Positions 21,717-31,821 of a stretch of 39,230 nt of DNA are shown here, piece by piece. The notes below the pieces were generated by a model. That model did not search any database. It saw only the letters and a program-made list of their open reading frames with translations, and had not been told where the DNA came from. How positions within the stretch are numbered: position 1 is the first letter of the stretch; each line of letters starts with the position of its first letter. This stretch comes from Corallochytrium limacisporum Hawaii (Eukaryota > Protista > Pluriformea). Location of the stretch: contig PDIP01000084.1 in the NCBI GenBank assembly GCA_002811645.1, forward strand, positions 1 to 39,230. The letters are read 5' to 3'. Position numbers and translations under genes: made by a program.

Positions 21717-23519
21717 ATGGACGGTGTCAAACAGGAGATTCGTGTACCGCCCAGCGGCTATGTGCCGGGACATCTGCGTGTTCAGGCCTTTGGCAAAGCT
21801 GGCCTCTCGATGGGTCCGAATGCCCGCCACGACGGTCAGGTCCGCCGCCGATCTTCAGCTCGAAAAACAGTAGATGTATACAGTAGCGTTGCGAAATATA
21901 TTATTGCACGGAAGGAAAAGAATGTCAGGCCGGGTCGGCGACAGGCACGAGAACCGGTTTGGGGCATGCCAGACTATCATTTCTTCAAGGACCTCGAGGC
22001 GCCGCAGAGCTACGTTGATACGCCAGCCTCAAGTCTTACGACACGATATGTACATACTTCGGTGAACAATGACCGTCATCCACTTTTCTGTGCAGAGTGG
22101 AATCCTGATGGTCGACGTCTTGTAACCGGATCAAGCTACGGTGAATTTACATTATGGAACGCATTGACTTTCAACTTCGAAACAATTCTGCAAGCGCATT
22201 CTTCAGCGGTGCGTGCAATGAGTTGGAGTCACAATGGTCTGTGGATGATTGCAGGTGACAACGATGGCACAGTGAAGTATTGGCAGGCCAACATGAACTC
22301 AGTTCTTGAGTTGAAACCCCATAACGAAAGCATTCGTGGCTTGACTTGGAGTCCTAACGGAGCAAAGTTTGTAAGTGCCAGTGACGATCGGAAGCTGATT
22401 CTACATGATTTTGCCACAGGCACTCCAGAGAAAGTCATGGAAGGCCATGGTTGGGATTTACGTACGTGTGAATGGCATCCATCGCATTCTTTGATCGCAT
22501 CCGGTGGTAAGGACAACCAAGTCAAGTTTTGGGATCCGCGATCGGGTACAAACTTGAGTACTATCTACGGACACAAAAACACAGTGCAGCAAGTCACATG
22601 GAACAAACACAATAGCAATTGGTTGCTGACCTGCAGTCGTGACAAACTGATTCGTTTATATGATATTCGGGTTATGCGCGAAATCCAGGTCTTCCGAGGT
22701 CATCAGGACGAAGCGATGAGTATTTCGTGGCATCCAATCCACGAAAATTTATTCGTGAGCGGTGGTTCTGATGGTTCAACGATCTATTGGCTTGCCGACC
22801 ATGAGAAACCTGTCGCTGCCATTCCTGTGGCCCACGAACAGGCAGTTTGGGCGGTTGCATGGCATCCTTTGGGCCACGTATTGGCCACTGGCAGCAACGA
22901 CTGCACTCTAAAATTCTGGACTCGCCACAGGCCGGGTGACCAGCTACGGGACAAAACGAAGAAGCTGGAAGATCCCAACGCTTATGACGATGAGGATGAC
23001 AAGTACGCGGATGTTATCATCCCTGGTATCGACATGGCCATGACAGCCAAGCCAGAGGCTATGCCTCCACCGCCTCCACCTCGCGGTGGCGGTGGACGGT
23101 ACGGGGGTGGTCTCTCCAGTCCGAGAGATGACGATGACCGTGCCTACGCCCGGCGTCGGGACCATCGGGATAATCGTGGACCACCACCACCGCCCCCTGG
23201 ACCACCATCAGGTCCGCCGCCTCCGCCGCCAACTGGACCGCCGTCGAACGGCAGGCACGGACTGCTGGGCAGTGCCCCACCACCTCCTCCACCCCCTGGT
23301 GGCCCTTACGAGGCGGATCGCTTCGGTGGCGACCGCAACGGCTACGATCGTGATCAGTACCGTCGTGGCGGTGATGATCGCTACCAGCAGCGTGACAGAT
23401 ACGATGACCGTGACCGCCGTGACCGGTACCAACAACAGAATGATCGCCGTGGTCCACCACGAGACGATGACCGGCGCCGAGAGCGCAAGGGCCGCAGCCG
23501 TTTCGGTGATCGTCGCTAA
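21717..23519 (+). CDS. WDR33: pre-mRNA 3'-end processing factor WDR33/Pfs2/FY
   Basis: RKTVD, GRRLVTGSSYGEFTLWNALTFNFETILQAH, GHGWD, WHPLGHVLATGSND and KFWTRHRPGD; Pro- and RD-rich tail. Confidence 0.96.
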   Translation: MDGVKQEIRVPPSGYVPGHLRVQAFGKAGLSMGPNARHDGQVRRRSSARKTVDVYSSVAKYIIARKEKNVRPGRRQAREPVWGMPDYHFFKDLEAPQSYVDTPASSLTTRYVHTSVNNDRHPLFCAEWNPDGRRLVTGSSYGEFTLWNALTFNFETILQAHSSAVRAMSWSHNGLWMIAGDNDGTVKYWQANMNSVLELKPHNESIRGLTWSPNGAKFVSASDDRKLILHDFATGTPEKVMEGHGWDLRTCEWHPSHSLIASGGKDNQVKFWDPRSGTNLSTIYGHKNTVQQVTWNKHNSNWLLTCSRDKLIRLYDIRVMREIQVFRGHQDEAMSISWHPIHENLFVSGGSDGSTIYWLADHEKPVAAIPVAHEQAVWAVAWHPLGHVLATGSNDCTLKFWTRHRPGDQLRDKTKKLEDPNAYDDEDDKYADVIIPGIDMAMTAKPEAMPPPPPPRGGGGRYGGGLSSPRDDDDRAYARRRDHRDNRGPPPPPPGPPSGPPPPPPTGPPSNGRHGLLGSAPPPPPPPGGPYEADRFGGDRNGYDRDQYRRGGDDRYQQRDRYDDRDRRDRYQQQNDRRGPPRDDDRRRERKGRSRFGDRR

Positions 23520-23585
23520 AGAGTGATAAATGCTATAACAAAGATGTAATAACTTATGTGTATGCTTCGTTGTCTCAAGCTCTCT

Positions 23586-25121
23586 TCACGCAACCATGCC
23601 GTCGAGACGTGCAATCGGGAACGGTAACGTATCACGAATATTTCTGCACCCAGCTACGAACATTATTAGCCGTTCCATCCCTAAGCCCCAACCTCCGTGG
23701 GGAGGACAGCCGTACTCGCGCAGGCGCATGTACCACGAGAGATCGCTGCGCATTTGCTCAGAAGTGACTTGTTTCATGAGGATATCGTATCGGTGTTCGC
23801 GCAGGGATCCGCCTATGAGCTCGCCCACACGTGGAACCAGGAGGTCAAATGACTCAGTGCGTTCGTTATGTGTGCCAGAACGCAGCATGTACCACGGCTT
23901 GCATGAGATAGGAAAGCGCTCCACGATGCCCAACCCCCCACCAAAGTAATGTTCCACCAGCCATGCCTCCTCAGAACTGCCCAGGCCATCTTCGAATTTG
24001 AATCTCGGAAAGTGTCCGCTTTTCTGGAGCAGAACAACTGCGTCGCCATAGTCAATCACTGGCAGACGATGGTTACCGGGCTGTAGATCGACCTCGCCCT
24101 CGAATTTCCAGTTTGCAATCCCTTGTAGCAGACTAAGGTGCTCATCATAGTGAACGGGATCCATATCTGGATAGTTTTGATTGGCAATTTCGTGCATAAC
24201 AGCCAATTCTTCCGCGTGTGTCTGAGCCACTGCACCGCAGGCTGCCCCGACAACCTCAATCGCCGTGCCCTGTAGTTGCCGCAGATCATTCACGAATGCC
24301 TCTTCAATCTCAAGCATATGGAACTCTGCAAGATGCCTCGATGTGTCGCTACGTTCCGCCCGGAAGGCTGGTGACATTGTGTAGACACGCCTATGGCTGT
24401 TGCTCGCAACTTCGAGGTGCAGCTGCCCACTGACCGTCAACTTTGCGGTAGAATCAGCATCTCCTGAGTTGTTCTGCGTCAAAGATCCCGGCCCCATAGA
24501 GATCGGGTAATCCACAATGAATTGCTCACCGGCACCCTCGCAATCATTGGAGGTTAAGGCCGGTGTATGGATCTGCAAGTAATTCGAGGAGCGCAAGGTC
24601 TCGTGGCAGGTATGGAAGACAGTGTCTCGAATTCGAGTCATGGCGCTGAGGTAACGACTCCTCAGCCTAGCTTCCGGCATAGTTCGCAAGTACTCGAGCG
24701 TGTGCCGCTTCTTTTGCAACGGATAGTTGTCAACTGCACGGCCTACGCACTTCAAATCTTTGATAACCAGCTCTGCAATACCCTTCGGTGATAGCTGGAC
24801 TAATCCGGTGACTTCGATGGCATCACCAGTGGATATATGATTGAAATGTGCCCCTGGATCATCGCTGACTGCCTGCAGTCCGTCGATCGATGATCCATCA
24901 TCAACCATACAGAATCCCACTCGTTTCTGTTTGCGGACACTGCGAACCCAGCCTTTAATCGTCACGTCGTGCCCAGTCTGTATTCCAGTGCCGTTTAAGA
25001 CATTTCTGACTGTGATCAGGGGCTGTAAGTATTTTCCGCGAAACACCCTAGTGGTTGATATATTCCGTTGTCCTGAATTCAGGGGACTAGTTCTCAGTAT
25101 CCCCGTAGCCAGTCGCAACAT
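23586..25121 (-). CDS. NARS2: Asparaginyl-tRNA synthetase, mitochondrial
   Basis: OB-fold GWVRSVR, DCEGAGE, LTVSGQLHLE, motif 2 FRAERSDTSRHLAEF and motif 3 PPHGGWGLGMERL. Arg-rich, acid-free N-terminal presequence. Confidence 0.94.
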   Translation of the reverse strand: MLRLATGILRTSPLNSGQRNISTTRVFRGKYLQPLITVRNVLNGTGIQTGHDVTIKGWVRSVRKQKRVGFCMVDDGSSIDGLQAVSDDPGAHFNHISTGDAIEVTGLVQLSPKGIAELVIKDLKCVGRAVDNYPLQKKRHTLEYLRTMPEARLRSRYLSAMTRIRDTVFHTCHETLRSSNYLQIHTPALTSNDCEGAGEQFIVDYPISMGPGSLTQNNSGDADSTAKLTVSGQLHLEVASNSHRRVYTMSPAFRAERSDTSRHLAEFHMLEIEEAFVNDLRQLQGTAIEVVGAACGAVAQTHAEELAVMHEIANQNYPDMDPVHYDEHLSLLQGIANWKFEGEVDLQPGNHRLPVIDYGDAVVLLQKSGHFPRFKFEDGLGSSEEAWLVEHYFGGGLGIVERFPISCKPWYMLRSGTHNERTESFDLLVPRVGELIGGSLREHRYDILMKQVTSEQMRSDLSWYMRLREYGCPPHGGWGLGMERLIMFVAGCRNIRDTLPFPIARLDGMVA

Positions 25122-25627
25122 GTTCTATACTATTCTATTCTTAGAGATCGCATTATTGGGCTGTCAGACATACTTCTGATCAGTTTCAAGCTATCACAAA
25201 ACACTGCGCTATAGAAGTGAGTGACGAACAGAAGTAGCTTTAGAATATCCCCAAAGTCCACGGCGCATTGCGTACATGCCACGATACTCGGCACCCTATT
25301 CGCGTGCGCGGCCCGTCCTCACTTGAAACCCTTGCCAAGTGGCGGGGAACCTCTCTCCCCCCCCCCCCCCCGGGGGACCCAGTGCCCCTCCTTCGGCTGG
25401 TAAGCCACACCGTCCCTCTGGACTCTTTCACGGTTTACCTGTATAACCGTTGTGTATCCGTGGCCGCATGCAGAACTGCGTAACGAAGATGGTAGCAGTA
25501 CACTTTCCAACCGATGGCAAACCGAAGGTACTAGAGTCCACGTGCTTAGATCGACATGTGAGTTCAAAATAAATACACTTGTAGTGTAGGCATAGTTGGC
25601 AACGTGTACACATCAAAAGAGAAAACC

Positions 25628-26254
25628 ATGGAACTTCCTATGACTCCGGAGCTGGAAACCCTCATCAACGAGCTGTACGATGTTGGTGCGGTCAAATTTG
25701 GTACCTTTACTCTGAAGAGTGGTATTGAGAGCCCTATCTATCTGGATTTGCGAGTAACTGTCAGCTATCCTGCGCTCCTGCAGAAGGTTGCAGACCAGAT
25801 GTGGCGCGCTGTTGAAAATTGTGACTTTGACCGCGTCTGTGGTGTGCCCTACACGGCTCTGCCATTCGGAACTGTACTGTCCTTGCAGCACGACAAAGGA
25901 ATGGTGATACGGCGTAAGGAGAAGAAAGACTACGGCACCAAGAAGCTGGTGGATGGTGTCTTTGAGGAGGGCCAGAAGTGCCTGGTAGTCGAGGACTTGG
26001 TGAGCAGCGGTGGATCAGTTTTGGAGACCGTCGCTGACCTGCGCACTGTTGGCATGAAGGTAGAGCATACAGTCGTTTTGGTAGACCGTGAGCAAGGTGG
26101 CCGTCAGCGACTCGAGAAAGAAGGCATTACATTGCACAGTGTCCTGACCCTGACGTCGGTCATGAACATCCTCAAGAAGAATGGCAAAATGGATGAAAGT
26201 CTGGTCACCAAGGTCAAGGAGTTCCTTGCTGCAAATCAATTCAAGGCCGAATAA
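25628..26254 (+). CDS. Orotate phosphoribosyltransferase (UMPS N-domain type), monofunctional
   Basis: [43 protein letters not shown] loop [11 protein letters not shown] and DREQGG. Stop after 208 aa, followed by AATAAA at 26297. Confidence 0.95.
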   Translation: MELPMTPELETLINELYDVGAVKFGTFTLKSGIESPIYLDLRVTVSYPALLQKVADQMWRAVENCDFDRVCGVPYTALPFGTVLSLQHDKGMVIRRKEKKDYGTKKLVDGVFEEGQKCLVVEDLVSSGGSVLETVADLRTVGMKVEHTVVLVDREQGGRQRLEKEGITLHSVLTLTSVMNILKKNGKMDESLVTKVKEFLAANQFKAE

Positions 26255-26787
26255 TGCAACGCAGTGATATGTATCACATCTATGAGAAGGTAGCAAAATA
26301 AACTAATCATAGCGCAGCCAGCAGCCACGACCACGACTCCGCTGATCTGTCGGGGGTCAGGATTTCAACAGCCTCGTGACCCATCCAGTCCCAGTGAAAC
26401 GGCGGGGTTTCTGTTCGGAGCCCATTTACTTTTGCTAATAAACTGAACGCCCTAAAAAAACATAAGTGTGTCATTAAGCGGAGGGTGAGTCTTTCCAGTT
26501 CAGGAAATATAGTTTTTCAAATACGGTAGGTTTTCTGTTCAAGAGCTCACGAGTGGCTGGGGCGGGACGGCCATTGGCTGGCTAGTCGCCCCTCCTCCAC
26601 ACATGCCCCTGTGGGTAGCCCCCGGTGAGAAACTGACAGTACAAAATGTACCCTTTGTGCAACTTCATGCAGCTCGCGTCGATCAGGTATTTTTTGAATT
26701 TTTATTGCTAATTAATTTGTTGCTTAACGAACGAAACAAACAATTCTCTGGGAATTCAAAGAGAACAATTTATTAAGCAAAACGGTC

Positions 26788-27879
26788 ATGTCGGGATCAG
26801 GAAAGAAGGCCCTTGTGGTAGGCGGCTCTGGATTCTTGGGAACCCACATCATAACGCAATTGCTGGAACGGGGCTTTAGCGTGGCTGTCTTTGATGTTCG
26901 CAGGGGCGAACAGGACTGGAGATCAGTGGAGTATCACTTAGGGGACATCAGAAGACCCGAGCAGTTGATGTCTGCCCTGAAAGGTGTTGATGTTGTCTTC
27001 CACTGCGCTACTCCAGACCCCAATAGCAAGAACGGGGAAATTTTCCGTGCAGTCAACGTTGAAGGCACTGCTAATCTCATTCAATGCTGCCACGAAGTCG
27101 GGGTTCAGAACCTAGTCTTGACCTCCAGCGCCAGTGTGGTCTACAATGGAGAGCCAATTTGTAAGGGAGATGAAAGCCTGCCGTACGCGAACCCTCCCAT
27201 GGACTTTTACACCTCAACGAAGGCGGAACAGGAAGATTTAGTGCTTAAAGCCAACGATTCTGACCTGCACACCATCGCTATCCGCCCACATGGAATTTTT
27301 GGTGAAGGAGACCGTCACATGTTCCCTGTGGTAGCGAAAACAGCAAAGGCGGGAAAGATGCGTTTTATTATCGGTGACGGACGGAACCTGGTTGACTTTA
27401 CTTACGTCGGAAATGTAGCTTACGCTCATGTGTTGGCCGCCGAATGTCTGATGGATCCCAACCGCCGGGAAAAGTGCTGCGGCAAGGCCTACAACATCAC
27501 CAACTGTGAACCAATTCCATTCTGGGGCTTCATGAATCAGCTGTGCGAGGGGCTCGGCTACCAGAGGCCACAGTACAAGCTGCCGTACTGGCTTATCTAC
27601 TGTTTGGCAGTCTTACTTGCGTACGTACAGTTTCTGCTCAACGCTATCGGAATCACATTTGAGCCAATATTCACCCCAAGCCGTGTGGCGCTTGCGGGCA
27701 CCCATCACTACTACGACAGTTCTCGTGCCATTGCAGATATGGGATATCAGCCCAAAGTGACACTGGAAGAGGGCATTCGTCGTTCCCTGAAGGCGTTTGC
27801 GCACCTCTCTTCAACTCCAGGGAAGGTAAACATCCCTAGCAATGCTACACATATGCCCAAGCCAGTCAAAGCAGCCTGA
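26788..27879 (+). CDS. NSDHL: Sterol-4-alpha-carboxylate 3-dehydrogenase (NSDHL/ERG26)
   Basis: GGSGFLG Rossmann motif, TSSASVV, YTSTK catalytic YxxxK, IRPHGIFG, IGDGRNLVDFTYVGNVA and a C-terminal hydrophobic segment. Confidence 0.93.
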   Translation: MSGSGKKALVVGGSGFLGTHIITQLLERGFSVAVFDVRRGEQDWRSVEYHLGDIRRPEQLMSALKGVDVVFHCATPDPNSKNGEIFRAVNVEGTANLIQCCHEVGVQNLVLTSSASVVYNGEPICKGDESLPYANPPMDFYTSTKAEQEDLVLKANDSDLHTIAIRPHGIFGEGDRHMFPVVAKTAKAGKMRFIIGDGRNLVDFTYVGNVAYAHVLAAECLMDPNRREKCCGKAYNITNCEPIPFWGFMNQLCEGLGYQRPQYKLPYWLIYCLAVLLAYVQFLLNAIGITFEPIFTPSRVALAGTHHYYDSSRAIADMGYQPKVTLEEGIRRSLKAFAHLSSTPGKVNIPSNATHMPKPVKAA

Positions 27880-27955
27880 AAATTCCCTTCGCGGATTCTC
27901 ACTATACAAACAAATTTGTTTAATTCATTTTTATCATCACTTCTCATATGTCGCC

Positions 27956-28627
27956 TCAATCATCATTGCTGTCCATGCTCATATCCATGTCATCACCATC
28001 GTCGGGTGCATAGTCATCTCGACCATGCACGGTGGCTTGATTTAAAGGCGACCGGTGATCCGCTGTCGGAATCCGGCGCTCATCACCTTCGAACGACTCT
28101 GGCTCATCATCGTCGTATTCATCCTCATCATCCTCATCGTACTCCTCATCGTCGTCACCTTCTCCCTCATCGATGGATACTTCACCTTCGCTACCTTCTG
28201 TATCGAGATCACCATCGTTCAGAACTCTGCGTGCGGTACCCGCGCCAGGGATTCCCCTTAATTGAGCAGGCCTACGCAGAGCGGACCCCGGGGTACCCGC
28301 ATATATTCCTGTTCCATCGGGACCTAGCCCGCCAGCATCATATTGCCCCCGCGCCTCCCGGAGAATGGCACCACCATGAAGTCCCCGTTGCCAATCCATG
28401 CGCAAAGACGGTGGGGCGAGGATGTCTTCTCCAGCTGCGATCGTTTTGACTCTCTTGCTGCTGATCCTTTGTAGCGCTGAAACTGTGCCTGCATCAATCG
28501 TAGCGCTGTCATTTGGGTTACCGTGGTCAACTGCATTAAGCAGAACAGCTTCCCACTGCCGAGGACCTGGATGCTGCACGTTGAGATCTGAAAGCAGCGG
28601 CAGGAGCCGATGCATTTGAAAATTCAT
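27956..28627 (-). CDS. Acidic-tailed protein, possibly APC/C subunit 15 (ANAPC15/Mnd2)-like
   Basis: 223-aa ORF with a long D/E tract. N-terminal LLP and ALQRISSKRVKTIAAG loosely resemble ANAPC15 LFP...WLQSIAEKDNNLVPIG. The CDS is likely; the identity is tentative. Confidence 0.6.
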   Translation of the reverse strand: MNFQMHRLLPLLSDLNVQHPGPRQWEAVLLNAVDHGNPNDSATIDAGTVSALQRISSKRVKTIAAGEDILAPPSLRMDWQRGLHGGAILREARGQYDAGGLGPDGTGIYAGTPGSALRRPAQLRGIPGAGTARRVLNDGDLDTEGSEGEVSIDEGEGDDDEEYDEDDEDEYDDDEPESFEGDERRIPTADHRSPLNQATVHGRDDYAPDDGDDMDMSMDSNDD

Positions 28628-29300
28628 TCTCTATCTCCGCGGTCACTTACTTCATGTTTGGTTTCTCTTACATCTACTGGCGTGTTGTCTATCACTATCT
28701 ACATCAGTCTCGAGGTCTCAGGTTTTATATGGATTTCTAGATCTATTTTTCATGGTCTTAAAATAGCCAATGGAATACTGCAAACAGATCAAACCCTTTC
28801 GTTCAGGTGGAAGCCAGTGCGTAAGTGTTCTCCCGAGAGCTCCTCCCAAGAGGGTGACACCGCATCCGATTTCGCGCGCCTACCCCGCTCCCTAACCCTA
28901 ACCCACCTCCCCAATCGTGTTCTTAAATACAATAAACGATATATTGGGTTTTCAGTTAATACAGCATGTGTGCGAACTTCGTCCGTTGGTACTTGGTGCC
29001 ACGATTGGTAGCCTGCCAAGAGGTGTGTGTTTCGCAGGGGAGGGTTCGGCGACGGGGAGGAATGTCTGGGCGAGTCTCCAAGGGCCCTTCTCTCTCCCTT
29101 ATGAAAACCACGTCATTCAGTATGAGGGGCAACATTCTCATTGTTTTCGTTTGAATTGGTGTTCTAGATCATGACTAACTACTTCAAACTTTGTGGTTCA
29201 TAAGCCAGAATTTTATCATTAGATTCTTTGTGAAGCAAATGTTCGTCAACTGAAGACTAAGAGCTACACAATTTGCTGGGCGTAGTAGGACAAAAGAACT

Positions 29301-31592
29301 ATGGCAGACCCCACAAATACCGGAAAGTGGTATGTCGGAGCCGATGTAGCAGATAACGTCCCACAGCGTAAAGTTCTGGAGATCACACATCCTATTTCTG
29401 GAGAAGGACTGTTGCTCTTCCGTGAACACAATAGTTTTTATTGCATCTCAAACAAGTGCTCGCACAAGGATGCTAATCTGTGCCGAGGTGACATTGAGGA
29501 CTTGGGTAATTCGTTTCTTGGAAGCCATAAAGCAGGATGCTTACCTGATGGCATGCCTAGTAGCTCAAAACCGGGTATTTGTATTCGATGCCCGAAGCAT
29601 CAGAAGAAGTTTGCTGGAGGCCTCTACTTTAGCCTGGAGAGCGGTGCTGCGTTTGTAAAGGGACCTACAGACAAATTCAAGCAAGGGTGGGCAGTTCCTA
29701 CATATGACACAAGTCTTGGACCTAATGGAATGAATGGACCTCTTCTAATCTCAATCTACCCTCGAGGCAGTGGTCGTGACGCTGTTGCCCCAGAACTGGG
29801 CATGCAACGAAATGCCACCACCGCTCCTACGGCTCCCGAGCCCGAGCAACCAGAGCCTGTACCGGCACCACAGCCTGCGACTGCTACCAACGGCACCAAT
29901 GGGACCAGCCACAATGGGACACAGCCTTCACCTGTTGTGCCCGACGAACTTGGCCGCAAGCTGACGGATAGATACAATGCACCCCCCTCTGATGTGTCCT
30001 GGAGGGCAGCCACTTCGGCACAGACCAAAGGCATTGTCCTGCCAGGCTGTAGGCCACCGAGCCCTACTCGTAGTACTGTTAGTCCGCAGAAAACTCCTGT
30101 GTCATCGAACAATGCCCAGCAAATGGCTGCTGCTGCAGCAGTACAGCGAATGACGCAGGGCATGGCGGCCGCATCTATCATCCCTGCGTCGCGCGCCCCA
30201 AACGCTACTCCCGTTAAAGCGACGGGTGTGGCTGGCGCCGTTTCCGTAGACGACTGGTTTCCGTGCATCGTGGACAGCTTAGAGCATATTGGAGACCAAA
30301 GCCTGGTCTCTCAGAAGGACAAGGATGTCACATGGATCGTGCACTTGAAAGCCCATGCTGACATTTGTGGTCGTGTGCCTGCCGACTCAGCTTTGGCCCT
30401 CGACCCAATGTGGCATGTGAACCTGAAGATTGGGTCCGGTCAAGTTCAACGTGAGTACACAGTCATCAGTCCTTTGACGACTTACTTGAGCACCGGTGGT
30501 GTTCGCATGCTGCTGCGTCTGTATCAGGACGGTGACTTTACCACACAACTGCGTAATTTTGCCATGTTGAGCAAGGAGGAACAGCAGGACCTCAACGCCA
30601 AGGGCGAAGGACTGCAGATTTCCGGACCCGAACGGACTCTGAACGATCTACCTTGGCCCTACATTTCACAAATCACGAGCGGCCAACACTTCCACATTGG
30701 GATGGTCGCTGGTGGTACTGGTATTGCCCCATGTCTGCAAGTGCTAATGGCCGCTGCTGGGGGTGCGCGACGCCAACTGCGACTGGTGTACTCTACCCGC
30801 CTGACAGGAAAGGCTGCGCATGATCTGCAGGCTCGTGACGATCCCTTCTTTGGCCTCAACGCCCAGCAAGCGTTTAAGCTGCGCAAGAAACTGCTAAAGG
30901 CGGAGATGAAGATGCAAGGCACGCAGAGTGATGGTGAGGGTGGCGACAACAGGTATCCATCTCTGCCACATCCACGTGCGGACGCAACCATTCTAGACAA
31001 TATACCCTTGGGTCGCGAGTTGCTGGCGACTACGCTCTTGGGAATGGATGTAGGCCTGACCTTCGCTCTCACGACGCATGAATCTGACATTTCACCATGT
31101 GATCGGAATGACATAGAGAAGAAGATGAAAGAGAAGATGCTCAAGAAGCAGAAGAAGAAGGAGAAGAAGGCAGCCAAGAAGGCAATGAAGGCGCAACAAA
31201 CGCAGAGTGGCGGAGAAGGATCCTCGCTGCCGAAGACGAAGCTAGAGGAAGACAAGGACGGATCCTCCAGTAGTAGTAGCGACGACGAAATCAGAAATGG
31301 CCCAGTTGCAATTGGTTCTGTGCCTTCCAAGCCTGTCGGCCGCTGGCTAAGCCCCGATCTGTATATTCCTGGCGATATTGACACGGTCCGGCACAGCATG
31401 AATCGCGTGGATGCAATGAAACTGTGGCACGGACGCATCAACGCGGAAGTCCTGCGCGCCAGCCTGCCCTGGCCCGGCCTTGAGACGCGTATCCTTGTGT
31501 GCGGGCCAGATGCCATGAACAAGTGTGTTATTGATATCCTGACTAAGCAGCTAGGCTATCCCGTAGAGTCCATTATCGAGCTCGAAGCGTAG
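29301..31592 (+). CDS. RFESD-like Rieske [2Fe-2S] domain fused to FNR/cytochrome b5 reductase-like FAD/NAD(P)H module
   Basis: Rieske ligands C53-x-H55 and C97-x2-H100 with GDIED. Pro/Ala linker, then flavin motifs REYT and GDFT, NAD motif MVAGGTGIAP and C-terminal VCGP. Confidence 0.88.
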   Translation: MADPTNTGKWYVGADVADNVPQRKVLEITHPISGEGLLLFREHNSFYCISNKCSHKDANLCRGDIEDLGNSFLGSHKAGCLPDGMPSSSKPGICIRCPKHQKKFAGGLYFSLESGAAFVKGPTDKFKQGWAVPTYDTSLGPNGMNGPLLISIYPRGSGRDAVAPELGMQRNATTAPTAPEPEQPEPVPAPQPATATNGTNGTSHNGTQPSPVVPDELGRKLTDRYNAPPSDVSWRAATSAQTKGIVLPGCRPPSPTRSTVSPQKTPVSSNNAQQMAAAAAVQRMTQGMAAASIIPASRAPNATPVKATGVAGAVSVDDWFPCIVDSLEHIGDQSLVSQKDKDVTWIVHLKAHADICGRVPADSALALDPMWHVNLKIGSGQVQREYTVISPLTTYLSTGGVRMLLRLYQDGDFTTQLRNFAMLSKEEQQDLNAKGEGLQISGPERTLNDLPWPYISQITSGQHFHIGMVAGGTGIAPCLQVLMAAAGGARRQLRLVYSTRLTGKAAHDLQARDDPFFGLNAQQAFKLRKKLLKAEMKMQGTQSDGEGGDNRYPSLPHPRADATILDNIPLGRELLATTLLGMDVGLTFALTTHESDISPCDRNDIEKKMKEKMLKKQKKKEKKAAKKAMKAQQTQSGGEGSSLPKTKLEEDKDGSSSSSSDDEIRNGPVAIGSVPSKPVGRWLSPDLYIPGDIDTVRHSMNRVDAMKLWHGRINAEVLRASLPWPGLETRILVCGPDAMNKCVIDILTKQLGYPVESIIELEA

Positions 31593-31821
31593 ACATTGTT
31601 GAGTAGACAGTTAAGAATGCTTCAGGGCTATTTATGCAGTTGTTTTAGTTACATTTGATACAAGTCTTATCATTTACTAACGTGTAAGTAAACGACAGTT
31701 GAAAAAAGGGGTTGCGATAAATGTAGGTTCGTTTTGAGTTTCGAATGGAAAGTGGAGAGTCGGGTCCCGCCGATCAATCAACTAATGGAATGCATGATAG
31801 TACGGTACGGTTGCCAGCCAG

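Noticed and set aside
30659-31522. 287-aa minus-strand ORF
   Set aside because: Antisense shadow of the Rieske-FNR gene.
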